Shown one piece after another: positions 62,272 through 64,000 of a DNA stretch of 64,000 nucleotides. The notes under the pieces are model-generated. The model was not told where the DNA came from and did not search any database. It saw nothing but the letters and a program-made list of their open reading frames with translations. The DNA is from a virus. Position 1 is the first letter of the stretch, and the number at the start of each line of letters is the position of its first letter. The position numbers were made by a program, and so were the translations under genes. The DNA is taken from positions 1 through 64,000 of the IMG/VR virus record IMGVR_UViG_3300024999_000004; one strand, given 5' to 3'.

Positions 62272-63027
62272 ATGCCTCCCTCCCTCCTTCCCCCCATGCT
62301 CCGCGCCCTCACGCTAGCCCGGGACTCCGCGATCCTCCTCCCCCCGAGAACCGCTGTCCTGAAAGAAAGGTTCATGGACCTCCACTACAAGTGCGGCAAA
62401 CATTCCGATGTCCAGACCAGCGAAAACATCCCCATAGAGAGGCACCTGAAAACCATTGACAGGATCAGCAGGAGCGGGAAGGGCCTCCGGGAGGATATCA
62501 TGGAGTACATGAAAGGCCACCACCTTCTCCCGGGAGAGGCCCAGACATATAATATGAGGCTATGGGCAAGATATGAGCTGGAAGAGGATGAGGGGGATGA
62601 TGGATTCGGAACCTCTGTATATCCCAGTTTCGGCTCCCTCATCATGGCCTACGCCCATAAGAAGATTGGAACGGAAGGCACGGAGCGTATCCGTCTGAAG
62701 GCCACGAATCTGTGGTATCTCTATGGGCTTCCGAATGAGGGGGCCGAAGATGGGCTCTCATCAGGAGATCCTGTCTTCATTGACAACGTGAATGAGTGGA
62801 GCGCAAGGAACCCAGGAGTCTTGCCGTATGACAGGGCATGGACAAAACGGCCAACGAGGATGTCTTTTGTTTTGTATCAGGGACTCATTCCCTTGAACGA
62901 AGAACACCCCGAGAGGAGGGTGGCCACAAGAAAAGGGCATTCGGGGTTCAGGGCTCCGGATGGTGGGGTATTTTCTCTTGATGAATTCCAGGTCTCGGGG
63001 TTGTTCCGGGGGAAGCACAAGAGGTGA
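62272..63027 (+). CDS. Hypothetical protein
   Basis: RBS AAGGAG; 251 aa. Confidence 0.6.
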   Translation: MPPSLLPPMLRALTLARDSAILLPPRTAVLKERFMDLHYKCGKHSDVQTSENIPIERHLKTIDRISRSGKGLREDIMEYMKGHHLLPGEAQTYNMRLWARYELEEDEGDDGFGTSVYPSFGSLIMAYAHKKIGTEGTERIRLKATNLWYLYGLPNEGAEDGLSSGDPVFIDNVNEWSARNPGVLPYDRAWTKRPTRMSFVLYQGLIPLNEEHPERRVATRKGHSGFRAPDGGVFSLDEFQVSGLFRGKHKR

Positions 63028-63046
63028 CATAAGGTAGGGAGCAAAG

Positions 63047-63250
63047 ATGAAAAAGCAATCACGTATTTTTGACTGGGAGTTTATCCGGCACGATAGCTGG
63101 GTACAACTCGTCGGAACTTCTTGGGGGGACCCAAGATTCCCTGACGGAGAACGCATCAAGACCTCCATGGTGGAGAGGGTGGACTTCGTTGCGGGTTTTG
63201 CAGAGACAAAGAACACGATCTATTCACTGGAATGGGGGCACGGATGCTGA
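63047..63250 (+). CDS. Small conserved phage protein (DPRFPDG..I.TS...ET.NT.Y.L)
   Basis: Recurrent phage pattern. Confidence 0.65.
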   Translation: MKKQSRIFDWEFIRHDSWVQLVGTSWGDPRFPDGERIKTSMVERVDFVAGFAETKNTIYSLEWGHGC

Positions 63251-63474
63251 TCAACCTGACCTATTTCAAGAAAAGCGGAAAGTACTACGGAGAGGGGGCA
63301 TACGAGTCGAACTTCGAGCAGATGTTTGAGGTATTCGATGAAGTACGAATTTTGCCGTTTCACCCGGGTCTTTCCGGAAGATGGGATGGTCCCATCCTTG
63401 TGACATGCGACAGTGAAACAGGCTGCCCGGGGCTGGTGAATCTGGGCTCGGTGCGTAGCAATACAGCGAAGTAG
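63244..63474 (+). CDS. Hypothetical protein (YFKKSGKYY)
   Basis: Recurrent phage pattern. Confidence 0.6.
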   Translation: MLINLTYFKKSGKYYGEGAYESNFEQMFEVFDEVRILPFHPGLSGRWDGPILVTCDSETGCPGLVNLGSVRSNTAK

Positions 63475-63483
63475 GGAGACAAA

Positions 63484-63696
63484 ATGAAACAGGCAACACC
63501 AACAGTTCGTGCCAACGGGTTATGGAATCATTTTACAGGGAAAAAGAGATGGGTAATCACTTGTGGGGAATGCGCGCACACATGGGCGGAGAAGGTATTC
63601 ATTGTCGAGCCTTCCTCCGCAATTTGTCCTTGCTGCCATACACAGAATGTGTGGTCTGCGGCTGCGTTTGAACGGGCGTATGAGGAGACAAAATGA
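63484..63696 (+). CDS. Zn-ribbon protein
   Basis: CGEC...CPCC. Confidence 0.55.
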   Translation: MKQATPTVRANGLWNHFTGKKRWVITCGECAHTWAEKVFIVEPSSAICPCCHTQNVWSAAAFERAYEETK

Positions 63697-63938
63697 CAGA
63701 TGATGAGAAAGCCGAGAAACTTCAGCTAACTCGCTTGTGCGAAGACAGGGCGAAAAAACTCCTGAAAGAGGGAGATCGCGTAGGATGTACAAAATGCCCG
63801 GGAACAAAACGCATATTTACTTTTGTTGGTTGGGCAGGTCATTGGATGTTGTCGAAATCAGGCATTGATGATCTTCATCCTTGGAACGTATACTCGGTCA
63901 ATGGAGTCCCGATGGATTTCAAAGAGGGGCCACAATGA
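63693..63938 (+). CDS. Hypothetical protein
   Basis: ATGA coupling; RBS GAGGAG. Confidence 0.55.
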   Translation: MTDDEKAEKLQLTRLCEDRAKKLLKEGDRVGCTKCPGTKRIFTFVGWAGHWMLSKSGIDDLHPWNVYSVNGVPMDFKEGPQ

Positions 63939-64000
63939 CCAAGAAACCCCAAGATATTTCCTTCCTCGAAGCCGCCCGAATCCTCGAAGAGTACGCAATG

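Overview
A 64-kb segment of a tailed dsDNA bacteriophage with siphovirus-type virion genes. No integrase, DNA polymerase, reverse transcriptase, rRNA or tRNA gene was recognised. Layout: (1) 1-25.9 kb, minus strand, a morphogenesis operon: TerL, portal, scaffold, major capsid, head accessory proteins, head-tail connectors, tail tube, G/GT chaperones, tape measure, LamG/Dit tail-tip genes, NlpC/P60 and a large central tail-tip protein running off the left edge, plus two free-standing GIY-YIG endonucleases. (2) 25.9-31.3 kb, minus-strand small genes including a probable TerS. (3) A divergent, repeat-containing intergenic gap at 31.3-31.8 kb, a candidate genome end. (4) 31.8-38.7 kb, a plus-strand cluster of tiny early-type genes whose first 3 kb is strongly depleted in CAG/CTG and which carries a tandem hairpin array resembling type I-E CRISPR repeats. 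(5) A 1.4-kb non-coding, AT-rich region with ten 9-7-9 palindromes and inverted GAGCCCC arrays. (6) 40.1-64 kb, plus-strand accessory genes driven by near-consensus sigma70 promoters: an AbrB-like pair, an AEP primase domain, a J-domain/kinase-like + small peptide + vWA + adenylosuccinate-synthetase-like operon, an SLT, a radical SAM enzyme and RtcB. The most promising leads are that four-gene operon, the spacerless I-E-like repeat array, the palindrome array, a genome-wide GAAGTC motif placed just before RBSs, and a Dit-LamG gene split by a nested gene. All protein calls are by-eye motif recognition, not database searches.
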